DNA from: Eledone cirrhosa
Lineage: Eukaryota
DNA length: 64,000 nucleotides
NCBI GenBank assembly: GCA_964016885.1
Contig: OZ024754.1
Coordinates: forward strand, 12,090,001-12,154,000
Reading direction: 5' to 3'
The notes below the pieces were generated by a model. The model worked only from the letters and a program-made list of their open reading frames with translations, did not search any database and had not been told where the DNA came from. A program made the position numbers and the translations under genes. This document shows, piece after piece, positions 1 through 14,860 of this stretch; within the stretch, counting starts at the first letter, position 1, and each line of letters starts with the position of its first letter.

Positions 1-66
1 AACTGTTTCTTTGTTTTATTCATTATTTTTTTAATATTTTATATATATATGTATATATATATAGAC

Positions 67-106
<40 letters not shown>

Positions 107-107
<1 letters not shown>

Positions 108-343
108 GTGAAAAATTGAACGGGAACAAAACAGAGAGGCAGTACGAACAAAGGTTTATTAGTTTCACGCTTTTGAGAGTGGGGTGGTGGTGGAGGTGGG
201 GAACGACGTTTCGGGCATAAGCCCTTCTTCAGGTGAAAAGTGTGTGGGAAGAGAGTTCAAAGGGTGTGTAGGGCAGTGGTGGAGAGACATATAGCAAAAA
301 GGGGGTGAGAGGAAACGGTGCAAATGAAATTAAAAATAAAGGC
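107..343 (-). mobile_element. PLE-type terminal repeat fragment with hammerhead motif (same family as 24584-25190)
   Basis: Minus strand reads CTGAAGA-A-GGGC-TTAT-GCCC-GAAAC-GTC (about 203-235), then AATAAA and (TA)n. Reverse-complement match to 24960-25190. Confidence 0.7.
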
Positions 344-370
344 ATATATATATATATATATATATATGGC

Positions 371-403
<33 letters not shown>

Positions 404-419
404 GTGGCTTTATATATAT

Positions 420-420
<1 letters not shown>

Positions 421-450
<30 letters not shown>

Positions 451-812
451 ACGTTTAACGTCCGTGTTCCACGCTTGCATGGGTTTGGACGGGGGTAGTC
501 CCACTTGAGGCAAGAGTGATTGTCTTGCTCGCATAGGACTGTATGGCAGGTTTTCTACGGCTGGATGCCCTTCCTAACACCAACCACATTTACAGTGTGG
601 GTCTGGGAGGTTTTTACCGTGTTGCCTACACGGCCACATTACAGCGTGGACTGTGTGTTTTTTTGTCGTGACACCTACACGATCTCATTTGTTTCGGCCT
701 GGATGGCGCGGCACCAACATAACTTTACATAGAACGGGGTGGTGTGGATGGGGTGGGGGTGGTGGCGGGACGGGGTGTATTTTGTTAGAGATGCCTACTG
801 GCAAGGCGGGTC

Positions 813-815
<3 letters not shown>
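421..815 (-). mobile_element. 3' end of an RTE-associated retroposon (SINE/LINE tail) with (ATG)n tail
   Basis: (CAT)n tract followed by 'cgtttaacgtccg...ggctggatgcccttcctaac', which resembles a common molluscan RTE-type 3' tail. Flanked by (TA)n. Confidence 0.5.
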
Positions 816-859
<44 letters not shown>

Positions 860-879
860 GACACGTAACTCCTGTAGGA

Positions 880-1172
880 TTCATAGAGCGCAATATTGAC
901 ATACGGCTTTCTTAGGGCAGTTTTAAAAGTTGGCAGAACCCAGGCCTAGGTACAGCAGAATTGTTCCAGAGGAAGATACAGAGTGAGAGATCGGAAGTGA
1001 GAAAATGATGTAGAGGAAGAATCTACCCCAGTAGTAGGCTGGTACTTTTTTTTATCGACATCGAATGGATATGGAAAGCAAAGTTGACCTCGGTGGGATT
1101 TGAACTCAGAGATGAGAGAGCTGGAACAAATAGCATAAAGTATCGTATCTGATGTTCTAACTGGCCGCCTTT
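880..1172 (-). mobile_element. tRNA-derived SINE, long-tail subfamily
   Basis: Minus-strand B box GAGTTCAAATCC and shared core 'ctttgctttccat...gtcgataaa...gtaccag'. Tail is related to 24060-24282 and 44608-44935. Confidence 0.6.
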
Positions 1173-1176
1173 TACA

Positions 1177-2625
<1,449 letters not shown>

Positions 2626-2811
2626 CATATAGATTATAAACATACGAAGATAATTGTGTTTATATTATATATAAATATATAGACTTACATTCTACTCCAT
2701 GGAATCTATGTCCTTGGCAAGTCCAGAAACTAGCGTTCGCGCCCACCTTTCGTCAGTCTCACACTAACTCAACACTGTTGTATAAGCTACTGCCTCAGAT
2801 CTTTGTGTGTG

Positions 2812-3300
2812 ACTGTGTGTAAGTGTTTAGCTGCATGTGTGTTAGATGGCTGGTATCTCACTGTATGTGTGTGTGGTGTATGTGTGGCGGGTTTGTGTGT
2901 GGTGTATGTGTGGCGGGTTTGTGTGTGTCTGTGTGTAAGTGTTTAGCTGCATGTGTGTTAGATGGCTGGTATCTCAGTGTATGTGTGTGTGGTGTATTGT
3001 GGCGGGTTTGTGTGTGTCTGTGTGTAAGAGTTTAGCTGCATGTGTGTTAGATGGCTGGTATCTCAGTGTATGTGTGTGTGGTGTATGTGTGGCGGGTTTG
3101 TGTGTGGTGTATGTGTGGCGGGTTTGTGTGTGTCTGTGTGTAAGTGTTTAGCTGCATGTGTGTTAGATGGCTGGTATCTCAGTGTATGTGTGTGTGGTGT
3201 ATTGTGGCGGGTTTGTGTGTGTCTGTGTGTAAGAGTTTAGCTGCATGTGTGTTAGATGGCTGGTATCTCAGTGTATGTGTGTGTGGTGTATTGTGGCGGG

Positions 3301-3302
<2 letters not shown>
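2812..3302. repeat. Minisatellite, about 90-116 bp units (TG-rich, 'gtttagctgcatgtgtgttagatggctggtatctcag')
   Basis: Five recurrences of the unit. Followed by GA-rich simple repeat to about 3880. Confidence 0.9.
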
Positions 3303-3348
<46 letters not shown>

Positions 3349-3745
3349 AGAGAGAGAGATAGAGAGAGAGAGAGAAAGAGAAAGAGAGAGAGAGAGAGAG
3401 AGTGTGTGTGTGTGTGGTATATGTGTGGCGGGCAGAAGAGAGAGTGTGAATGAGAGCGAATGAGTGAGAGAGTGATAGAGAGATAGAGCGAGGGAGAGAG
3501 AGAGTGAATGAGAGCGAGTGAGAGAGTCAGAGTGAGAGAGAGGGCGTGTGAGAGAGTGATAGACAGATAGAGAGAGGGAGAGAGAGTGAATGAGAGCGAG
3601 TGAGTGAGTGAGTGAGAGAGAGAGAGAGAGAGAGAGTGTATGAGAGAGTGATAGACAGATAGAGCGAGGGCGAGAAAGATGTATAAGTGTATTATAAAGA
3701 AAGTACGCGCGCGCGTTTGTGTTTGTTGTGCGAGAAGAGAAATAG

Positions 3746-3815
<70 letters not shown>

Positions 3816-3983
3816 GGAAGGAGAGTGAAGAGAGGGAGAGGAAAGGCAGAGAATGATAGATAGAGAGAGAGAGAGTAAAAGAGAGAATGTTTATATATGT
3901 TTTGTGTCTATTTTAATAGCGTGCAGTTAATGTGGGTGTCTCGCAAGGATTGCGGGAGGCTCAGAATTTTATATATATATATG

Positions 3984-4056
<73 letters not shown>

Positions 4057-4058
<2 letters not shown>

Positions 4059-4246
4059 CGAAGGAAGTGTGGTAAGGAACCAGGTGGACCATAACGCACC
4101 AGAGTACTCAATACTTAGGGTAGTAGAGTGGGTAATAGGAAAATGTGTAACCCTGACGGCAGAGCTCAAGCCGTTTCGACGGCCATTTCTGGACTCAGAA
4201 ATAGCCGTCGAAACGGCTTGAGCTCTGCCGTCGGGGTTAAACATTT

Positions 4247-4313
<67 letters not shown>

Positions 4314-4498
4314 AACAAGTATGACCCCGACAGCAGAGCTCAAGCCGTTTCGACGGCTAATTCAGAATTAGCCGTCGAAACTGCTTGAGCTCTGCCGTCG
4401 GGGTTAAACATTTTCCTATTACCCACTCTACTACCCTAAGTATTGAGTACTCTGGTGCGTTATGGTCCATCTGGCTCCTTACCACACTTCCTTCGCTA
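4057..4498. mobile_element. Nested fold-back element carrying hammerhead 3' halves
   Basis: 4057-4250 and 4310-4498 are inverted about a central (TA)n and each half is itself a hairpin. Motif GAA-ACGGC-ttgagctct-GCCGT-C gives stem III plus a GUC site. Same family at 36257-36447. Confidence 0.75.
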
Positions 4499-4601
4499 TA
4501 ATCCCGACGAGGTTAACTTTGCCTTTCATCCTTACGGGGTCGAATAAAGTACCAGTAATGTACTGGGTCATTGCTGGCCTTGTGCCTAAAGTAGAAACAG
4601 T

Positions 4602-4638
<37 letters not shown>

Positions 4639-4899
4639 CGAGAGAGCGGGAGCGAGAGAGATAGATAGATAGAGAGAGAGAGATATTCTCCGTCGTTCTC
4701 GACGATGAGCATTCAGGTGTTCAACTACCTAAATCTATTGTCATGGAATGCACGTATAAGCCATGTAGACCCCTATTACAATTGTCGGGGCCGAAACGGT
4801 GAGGTACAGTGACACATTCGGACTTTTGAATTACATACACAACGATGGGGGATAGAGATAGAGTGCAGTGTCATACAGAGATAGATAGATACATAGATA

Positions 4900-4975
<76 letters not shown>

Positions 4976-5049
4976 GTATATATATATATATATACGTATA
5001 TATATATATATATATATACATACGTATATATATATATATATGTGTGTGC

Positions 5050-5109
<60 letters not shown>

Positions 5110-5292
5110 AAATAGATGTATATATATATATATATATGTGTATATATGTATATATATATGTATGTATATATATATATGTGTGTGTGTATATATGTATATA
5201 TATATGTATGTATATATATATATGTGTGTGTATATATATGTATATGTATATGTATGTGTATATATATATATGTGTATATATATATGTATATA

Positions 5293-5360
<68 letters not shown>

Positions 5361-5361
<1 letters not shown>

Positions 5362-5790
5362 AGATCAAAAGATGGTTAAAAGAGTTCCATGTATTTTATT
5401 ATGCGCATTTCAAAAACAAATATCATCATGCGATGACATTTGCGTTTTTGTCAGATAAAATAGGGAGACATGATATGAAGGTTAAAAAACACTTGTGAAT
5501 AGCGCAGTTTTAAATCAACATATCAGTTTTAAATCATATGTTGATTTAAAACTGCACTATTCACAAGTGTTTTCTAACCTTCATATCATGTCTCCCTATT
5601 TTATCTGACGAAAACGCAAATGTCATCGCATGATGACATTTGTTTTTAAAATGCGAATAATAAAATACATGGAACTCCTTTAACCATCTTTTGATCTTAT
5701 ATATTATTTATACTCCAGTCCTACAAACTGTAGAGTGCTACTTATCCGATATCTGCATTGCTTTATTGTACTACAATAAAACTCACCTCC
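5361..5790 (+). mobile_element. PLE-type fold-back (arms about 165 bp) with hammerheads at 5597-5667(+) and 5392-5462(-)
   Basis: TATTTTAT-CTGAC(G/A)A-stem II-(G/T)AAA-TGCG(C/A)A-TA-ATAAAATA; each arm carries core mutations. Inserted in (TA)n. Related to 59901-60290. Confidence 0.8.
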
Positions 5791-5793
5791 TAC

Positions 5794-5861
<68 letters not shown>

Positions 5862-5868
5862 GTGTGCG

Positions 5869-5908
<40 letters not shown>

Positions 5909-6117
5909 GGATCGGCAAAACATTTAGTTAAGAAAAAGCAAGTGTGTATTCAGTCAACCATTTTGTATATATATATATATATTGTTATACTTTGGGAGGG
6001 TCATATATATCTATATATTCGGTATATAAGGAGACAATTCACTTTTAACACTCAACGTCATATTACTTCATAAAAACAAGGGTGTGTATTCAGTCATATT
6101 ACTTACTAAAAACAAGG

Positions 6118-6303
6118 GGCGGTGGATTGGCAGTATCGGTAGAGAGTCGGACGCCATGCTTTCCAGCATAGTTACGTCCCTTTACGGTCTGAGTTCAAAT
6201 CCCGTCGAGGTTGACTTTGCCTTTCATCCTTACGGGGTCGATAAAATAAAGTACCAGTAATGCACTGGGTAATTGCTGGCCTTGTGCCAAAAGTAGAAAC
6301 AAT
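6118..6303 (+). mobile_element. Full-length tRNA-derived SINE
   Basis: A box TGGCAGTATCGG, B box GAGTTCAAATCC, conserved core, flanking direct repeat 'attacttactaaaaacaagg'. Confidence 0.85.
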
Positions 6304-6321
6304 TACTTACTAAAAACAAGG

Positions 6322-6510
6322 GGCGGTGAATTGGCAGTATCGGTAGAGGGTCGGACGCCATGCTTTGACGCATAGAGTTACGGCCCTTGCCATTCTGAGT
6401 TCAAATCCCGCCGAAGTTAACTCTGCCTTTCATCCTTACGGGGTCGATAAAATAAAGTACCAGTAATGTACTGGGGTAATTGCTGGCCTTGTGCCAATAG
6501 TAGAAACAAT
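6322..6510 (+). mobile_element. Full-length tRNA-derived SINE (tandem second copy)
   Basis: Same A/B boxes and core. Same flanking direct repeat. Confidence 0.85.
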
Positions 6511-6550
6511 TACTTACTACAAACAAGGGTGTGTATTCAGTCAGCCATTT

Positions 6551-6591
<41 letters not shown>

Positions 6592-7867
6592 ATACTTTGG
6601 GAGGGTCATATATATCTATATATTCGGTATATAAGGAGGCAATTCACTTCTAGCACTCAACGTCATATTACTTCCTAAAAACAAGGATGATGAACTATAT
6701 TAATTAAGAGGAAAATGCGAAGTTGAAGATGTTAGGGGCCCCTTATTAATTGAGCCGTTATAACATATTTCAATGACGATAGATATCGTCATTTCTTCAG
6801 ACAGCAGACATTGATTAAAAGGCAACATTTCCGAGTCAATTTTAGTTGGAAAGGAGCGGACTGAAAAAAATGTGTGTTTTTGCTCTGAGTGTCCGCTCCC
6901 TTCTAATTTTCAGATCATCCCGACAGCACTACAATCGAGAACACCACCAACCTTATTTGTTCTCTCTAGCTACCAGTCCCCCCCCCCCCCCCCACACCTC
7001 CTCGGCCGACAAACACTATATGGTCAGCGGGAGTTCAAACCTGCCAAAATTTACTTACTGCTAGCTTTGGTGACCAGTAGGAATTTAGTGTACTCGTACC
7101 ATTCTATCCGTTTATGGCGGGATAATATACAGACCATCAACCCCAAGTGAGAAAGTTACCTACTGTTACCGTTAATTTAACTTACCATAGAAAATATTTA
7201 AAGGGTCACAACACGACCCCCCCCCCCCCCCCCCCAAAAAAAAATCGAAATTTCAGACGTTAAGAGTTAAAAGTTAGGAGTCCAGAAAACTAGACAACAG
7301 TCAATATGCTAAGAATTATATCTAACTGGTATAGTGTATATTGGTATTAGGGATTGGGTTCCGAGCCAGATATTAACTTGTTCTGACTCCCTACTGGCAA
7401 ACACTGGCCTCTTGTCGAGAATGACTGGCAATATTTAAAGTATCTGATGTAACAAATGTAAAAATTAAACAATCCTGTAGTTGGTATCCCGGTCAATCCG
7501 GTGGAGACAAATAATACATGGATGACTTAAAGAAAAATATAAGAAAAGGTAGAAATGAGTAAGGATGAACGGAGAAAAAGGGATTAAAAATAAAATAAAG
7601 GGGAAATATATATATATATATATATAAAGGTAAAAAAAAAACACTTATAGAGAGAATGAAGGAGAGGAAATGGTGGAAAAAAACTAGTTAGACCATTATT
7701 CAACACAGCACTCGATACTAGGGAGAGTAGATTGTGACTTGTGACTATATTAGAAAGAGTCGGGCTCCGACTCTTTCTAATATATATACATATATATATA
7801 TACACATATAGAAAGAAAGAGAGAGAGAGAGAGAGAGATAAAGAACAGAGTGAGAGACATATTTATA

Positions 7868-7915
<48 letters not shown>

Positions 7916-9019
7916 CTGCAGACAGTGTTATTGATTTAGGTGTCATATAAACCCTGCATTTGGATTATACGATCAATTTCATTGGGTCCAGGTCTGTTTT
8001 TATCATTTATTTTGTTTGACCTGTTTAGCTTGATTTGTTTTTTGGCTTAGGTGGTTAATGCCTTCTTGACCCCTTTTTCAGTGTGTATGGCGTTTTAACA
8101 TATTGTTTAGCTCTGGGTTTTTTTAACTATGGAGCGCTTGCGTTTCGTTTCGCTTTTTCTACCCGCCGAAATACGATTCTAGCTGAATTTATATTTATAT
8201 ATGTATTTATATATATATATATACTTATACACATGTATACACACACAGGTTTATTTTTGTATGTCTATGTTTATGTCTATGAATGGGTATTGTTTCTGGA
8301 GGTATTTTATGTCACTATATATTTACTTTATCTGTACCAATTCTTGTATATGATACACGTGTTTGTATATCCGCTCTCTCACGGCTGTATCTGTGTGTTT
8401 GTGTATGTGTGAGAGTGTGTATATAAATGCACGTGCAAGATCAGGTAGGTGTATAACTATATGAAGAATAGCAGGAGACATTTGTTCCAGTGAAAGTAAT
8501 TTAAGCTGCATTTCATATAAAGCACATCTGTTGCTGGTGTTCTTGCTGTTGTTTCTGTCACTGCTGCTGTTGTTGCTGCTGTTGTTGTTGCTGCTGTTCT
8601 TCTGTTGCTGATGTTGCTGTTGTTGTTCTGTTGCTGATGTGGCTGCTGCTGTTATTGAACTTTTTTTTTCCGGCTGGGAGTGAAAGGCCTCCCCCCCCCC
8701 CCCAGCTGTTGTCACAACACCTTTCTAGGAGAGAGAAACTCTGAACAAAAAACCTGCGGCTTCGGAAGCATCCGATGATGTTGACCAGTTCTACTTTTAC
8801 TTTTCGGGTAGTGCTTTTGATGCTCAGAGAGTGGGATTTGTCGAGTGCAAGGCCTTTCCCCACTTTTAAAAAACCTTCAAAGCACAGGCATAGCTTGTTC
8901 AGGATATGTTACAGGTTCGTGTAGTCGTAGCCTAAAAGAGCACCAAACTCCATAATCTGACAAACGATTGCAATACTCTTAGAGTTTGCAGCCATCATGT
9001 ATATATATATATATATATA

Positions 9020-9351
9020 AGGTATGTTTTTCATGGGTACGTCTCTATTTATAAAACAAACTTTGTATTTTATCTGATGAAAGCGTACTAATGTTGCCCT
9101 TGAAATAAGGTATGTTTTTCATGGGTACGTCTCTATTTATAAAACAAACTTTGTATTTTATCTGATGAAAGTGTACTAATGTTGTCTTGGTTACCCTTGA
9201 AATATATATAATAAAATAAATATGGTTTTATAAATATAATTTCCATTTATTTAATATCATTGAATATTTTCTCCATTAGCTGTTGAGTGCTCTAAATCAG
9301 TTATACACATTTATGTTTGTCGGACTTCCAACAAATTAAATACAACTTCTA

Positions 9352-9355
<4 letters not shown>
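9020..9355 (+). mobile_element. PLE-type terminal repeat with hammerhead (9154-9218) and an internal tandem duplication of about 88 bp
   Basis: TATTTTAT-CTGATGA-stem II-GAAA-TATATA-TA-ATAAAATA. Family also at 20145, 34064, 50901, 51930 and 52850. Confidence 0.8.
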
Positions 9356-9408
<53 letters not shown>

Positions 9409-9483
9409 CAGTTATAAACATTTATGTTTGTCGGACTTCCAACAAATTAAATGCAACTTATACTTATATATATATATATATAT

Positions 9484-9780
9484 ATTGTTATACTTGGGGA
9501 GGGTCATATTATTGTAATATTGTCAGAAATAATAACAGAACACACTCACTGTTTGGTGGGTTTTCGCTTCTGTATCTTTTATATCTTCATAATTAATTTA
9601 TTTGGCAATCAATGTTTATCATTGATTGACCAGCGATTTAAAATACAGATATAAATATATATATATAGTCTATCAACGTTCTTTCGTTGCACATCTGTGA
9701 CATCATCAGTGGTACTATTATGTTTCCTCCTGTTGTATTGTATATCTACGCCATTTTAATTTTAATTAATTAATTTATTT
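9484..9780 (-). mobile_element. PLE-type element end ('atgaccctccccaagtataacaat' family) with hammerhead at about 9673-9712
   Basis: Minus strand CTGATGA-tgtcaca-gat-gtgcaac-GAAA. The family terminus recurs at 5981, 6587, 19955, 30436, 30700, 39071, 39240, 47551 and 48055. Confidence 0.65.
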
Positions 9781-10068
9781 CTTCTTGTCTCTGTCTCTGC
9801 GCATGCGTTTGCGTGTGTGTATAATCTTTGGTGTGTGTGTTCGCGTTTGAGTGTATCTGTTTTTGTTTTCGTATTCTATCTTTGTTCACTAGTGTGTGTT
9901 TATGTGTTTGTTGTTTTGTGCTTGTGCATATATTTATTTATTTAATTATTTATTTATTTATATTTCCCTTAAGTCAGTGTTTTTTTTTAAGTATGTGTTT
10001 TTGTATTCTACCTTTGTTCACTAGTGTGTGTTTATATATGTTGTCATTGTACTTGTGTATGTACGTAT

Positions 10069-10103
<35 letters not shown>

Positions 10104-10286
10104 TATTTCCCTTACGTCAGTAGTGTTTGTTTGGGTATGGTTGTTATTGTTATTCCATTCGTTCTTTCTGTTCAACTTCGGTCTTCTTAGTTCTATCTCA
10201 GATGCTTCTCTGATTTGCCTACCTGTTAAGTCATTTCTTTGTTTAGATATTATTTTAATTTCTATGTTGTCTATATTACTATATTA

Positions 10287-10500
10287 TAGAGCAGAAAACG
10301 AAAAATCAGTGATGCATCTGAACTCAATTTATTAAATGTTACAAGATGCTCCGAAATCATTAGACGTGTCTGTCGAACCATCGGGTCCAGAATCAGACAG
10401 ATCCACACAATGATCACGTCTCGAGCTGTCCACCGGGGAAACAATTGTAACACAATAAATTGAGTTCAGATGCATCATTGATTTTTCGTTTTCTATTCTA
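10287..10500. mobile_element. Fold-back insert with hammerhead 3' half (GAAAC-AATT-GTA, then AATAAA)
   Basis: Inverted arms of about 48 bp ('gaaaacgaaaaatcagtgatgcatctgaactcaatttatt'). Confidence 0.55.
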
Positions 10501-10549
10501 TATATATATAGTCACGTTTTCTATTCTATATATATATATATATAGTCAC

Positions 10550-10830
10550 AAACAGCGGACAGCAGAGGACAGGTACCGTTCCTCTCCGACAGATAACTTC
10601 CCCCTCGGAAAACCCCCCAGTTGATGGATGCGAATCCGAAATATAGGGACAATTAAATATCTCCCAAGGTAACTCTATCTCGTGTTATTATTTTTTTTTA
10701 TTTTTTACGCTCTTTCCTACGTTCTTCTACACACTATACATCTCATTCTACATTCTCTCTCCTCACCACCGGATTCTGTTACCCGGAGATTTACCCATCT
10801 GCATTGTTGAGGTTCCCCCCCCCCCCAAAA
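10550..10830 (+). mobile_element. Dispersed repeat with hammerhead-shaped variant motif (second copy 31470-31750)
   Basis: Two homologous copies with CCC-CAGTTGA-T-GGAT-gyga-ATCC-GAAA-TA(TA)-TA-GGG. Confidence 0.55.
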
Positions 10831-10864
10831 AAAAAATCATATATATGTGTGAGAGTGTGTATGA

Positions 10865-10913
<49 letters not shown>

Positions 10914-11759
10914 CTTACACACACACATACACACACAGATATATATATATATATTTGACGAACTAATATGACATATACATGCATGTATGCGCGATTTGTA
11001 TGCATATTATTATTATTATCGTTTATCGACATATTTCTTCATACACAGAGTCTTGCTTTTATAGTAGTAAAATAAATGATTTTCCCGGGACCACCGCATG
11101 GAGGTGTGTTGGCTCAGTTAGCAACTCTTGATAATAAGATTTATAAATAAGCCAAAGAACAACAATAACATCTTTTGTCTTCTTGTAGGAGTAAATGTCT
11201 TTAAAAAACCCTCCCTCCTTCATCAAAACATTATCCACATCTCACCTATCAAAAACATAGTCATACTATATTTCTTCATTACATTTTACTCAAATTAATT
11301 ACATTCAATTATGTATTATCATTACTGTAGCGGACAATGGAAATCAAAAACTTGGCATAACATTCACCAATGAAGCGCTACTATTATGAACTAGACACAT
11401 CCCGGGGCTATTACTGACCAAATCATATATGATTATTGATTATTTCACATTTTACAAACATTTCTTCCGAATTATGAGTAAATCAATTGTAGCGATGTTA
11501 TCTTCTCTCTAATAATGTGGTCAACATTAAGGTGAAGATCTACAAGTATTTGCTTTAAGGGAATTCAGATAATGAAGCACAAGAAGAATCGCTAACAGCA
11601 TATAAAATAAAATTTATATTATTATAAATCAGAATAGCAAATTATTATATGCAGTTGTATAAAAATACTGTGTTTATGTATTATGCTGTTTTTTTCTGAA
11701 GAATCATAATTACATACATATTTCTCTCTTTATATAACTGAACAAAGGAAAAGCTCGAA

Positions 11760-12282
11760 CGTTTGTAGGTAGTATTTAAAGGCAGGTCAGGAGTACACCA
11801 ATGGGTACGAGCTGTAGCTCACTCTTGGTGGATTTATATTTACCTTGCTGCGAGTTTGAATATCTGCTAGTGTTAATGAAGCTAACGAAAATAGACCTGA
11901 TTAAGCAGTTGGGTGGGTTTTGTAGATACATAGATGATGTATTTGTTCCTAATTACGGGCATTTCAAAGCCTTCCTACACAAAATCTATCTGGAGAGTTT
12001 AGAGATGAAGAGGAATAGTTGTGACGTTATCAGAGTCAACTACTTAGACGTCAATATCGAGAAGAACAATGAGTCGATAGTGACAAAACATTGCAATAAG
12101 ACTAGAGATTGTACTTTTAAAGTGGCATAGATACCCTTCACATTCAGCTATTGATGGGATACAACGTGTTTTCCAGTCAAATTGTATGATATGGTTGTAT
12201 AAGTAGCCAGATAAATGTTTTTGTGGAAGAAATTAGAAAATCTTTAACACACATAGTGGAGCAAGGGTACGACAGAAAATTT
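11760..12282 (+). pseudogene. Decayed Penelope-like (Naiad-type) reverse transcriptase fragment
   Basis: PMGTSCSSLLVDLYL (motif B'), FCRYIDDVF (catalytic YxDD), VNYLDVNI, then after stop/frameshift GYNVFSSQIV*Y...LTHIVEQGY, matching the PLE RT thumb region. Confidence 0.8.
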
Positions 12283-12514
12283 CACTCCACCTTCCCCTTA
12301 CGTATCACAACTATAAACTTCCCCTAAACTAACCACCGAGACAAAATAAGCTCTAAAACATTTAGTCGAACGGTGGGAAGCTTGTATCAGAAAAAAACAT
12401 ACCCCATACAACACCACAAGAAAAAAAAACCCCAACCTATTATTGAAATAAACGAAATAAATAAGATATCCACAAGCAATATAAAATTAAGAACATACTT
12501 CAATGCCGCATTAT

Positions 12515-12646
<132 letters not shown>

Positions 12647-13914
12647 ACACTCACACACATGCACACACAAATGTCAGAATGTCAAAACACAAATAAGATC
12701 AAAATAAGAAAATGAAGATTTGCAAAATTATTTTACAAAATTAAGCTTACTGTAATATCATTCGTACGTCCTATTCCATCAAAATTGGCCTGCAGTCTGG
12801 CAAGCATTAAGAATAAGGAATAAACAAATAAATGAAATAAGAAACAAAGAAACACTAAACAAACACTAGCACTACATGTGAATCTTACACCAAATTGATT
12901 TAGAGCAGATTCCAGCACACACTCCTTTAATGGCAAAGGAACAAGTTTTAACAAGTTTGTCTAAGAACGTATGCTTTTTTCTAATGAACCCAATCCAATC
13001 GAGCTTAAAATAATATCTTAGAGAATACACCACAATATAAACATGGTTTCCTAGCGGTCAAAATTACTCTGTGAGTTGTGTTTCAGTAAGAAATTTTTCA
13101 TTTTACTTTATTACTTACATATATTAAATGAGAGATCTAAATTATTAAATTTCGGCTGATACGCTTCTAAATATTTATTTAGAAATGTTCTTCGCTCTGA
13201 CAGCTTTATCACCTCAATGGCTAACTATTTTAAATTTCCTTGAGCAATCGGTGTTTTTGCCGTCATCTTTTGAACCTTTCTCTGCCTACTCACATTGAAG
13301 AACGTTCATTTTTTTTACATCTTTGAATTATTTCCCCTTTAGCGCTTGGCAAACCTGCACACACAATTTTCCACTTCTTAATGAATATTAGCAAATATTT
13401 TTAGAAGCCTCTTCTTTCCTTTCGTCCCCTTTACGTTTGCTAACATTCTCATTATTTTGTTCACTTTTTCTACATATTTTTCTACATATTTATTAATATA
13501 TTGTTTTTTATACACGCTTATTTAGAAATATTTCTTCAGCACTTTCAGTATATACACCTACACTGATTCTTCTTCCTCTATTCCCATTTTTATATTTTCC
13601 TCTCTATTCTCTTTAACCTATAAATTACCTCACTTCTCCCTTGCCAGTTCCCTTCTTTTTTTTATGACATTTTTACAACGGTTAAATTGTCCACTAATAA
13701 GGTATTTTTGTTTCAATATTATCTAATAAAATTTCCCTAACATTTTCAGTCTATCTCTTTCAAACACCTCTCTTCCATTTTTTATTATCTTCCTTTGATT
13801 GGAAACGAGAAACGCACATATACCTCCATACCTCCATAAATACACACCTCCATACATACCTCCATGCATACATACATTCACACACACACACACACACATA
13901 TATATGTGTTTGTG

Positions 13915-14017
<103 letters not shown>

Positions 14018-14461
14018 TGAATGTATTTTAACTGCTTCAAGGCAGGCGTTTGATATATATGCCCTAAAAGACAGAGAAATGTGGGACACGAACTCAAACC
14101 TTATATATATACAAATATATATTCCTTTGTTTATTATAATAGATTACCAAATAAAATATTTGGTAGTACTTAGTTAGTCCATTTTCGTTGTAGGTAGAAA
14201 TCCTTCTAATATCTATTTTGTCTTTCATTCCTAACCTTTTCTTTATTTATTCCTGAGTTATTTGTATTCCTAAATGTTTGTTTGTTCTAATTCTTTTATA
14301 GCAATTTCTTTGTATAATATTGTTCAATGTTGGCTAGGTTCAGTTTTATTATCGGAATAACATAACTATTAATAAACTAAATCTGTATAAAATTTGTAGC
14401 AATATTTCTAATTATTTATCGTCTGCGTCCATATACAAAAGTGAATTAATTATTTCCCCGT

Positions 14462-14499
<38 letters not shown>

Positions 14500-14500
14500 A

Positions 14501-14730
14501 TATAAGAGGGTCGGTGGAAAGTTCGTAAGCTGAAGAGTTCATAGGCTGACCAAGAGACTCTCATGGAATGACCAAATATGGTTTATTTTTCAACATAGTC
14601 CCTGGAAAGAAACAAGAACAATGCAGTTATTAATAGGAAGAGTTGAAAATAATGCATACAAGATTTCACAGCTCTACCATCACTCCTTCATGGTCAGCCT
14701 ATGAATTTTTCATAGGTTGACCATGAATGT
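14501..14730. mobile_element. Mariner-derived MITE
   Basis: TIR-like ends 'gagggtcgg...gaagagttcataggctgacc' and 'ggtcagcctatgaattttt'. A homologous copy lies at 43498-44124. Confidence 0.6.
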
Positions 14731-14749
14731 ATATATATATATATATATA

Positions 14750-14860
14750 TTACAGGCAAAGTCAACTGACAAGAGACCCTGGGGCAGACCAAAAGCAAGA
14801 TGGTTGGATAATGTTCATAAGTTCGGCTGTTCTCGCTTGAGAATTCAACCGAATCATTTA
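14750..14860 (+). mobile_element. RTE LINE ORF2 C-terminal fragment
   Basis: LQAKSTDKRPWGRPKARWLDNV resembles the G-x-R-x-x-GRP-x-x-RW-x-D motif at the end of RTE ORF2. Confidence 0.6.

Noticed and set aside
6118-6510. tRNA genes
   Set aside because: The A/B boxes belong to multi-copy SINE heads with tails and TSDs. No cloverleaf is evident.
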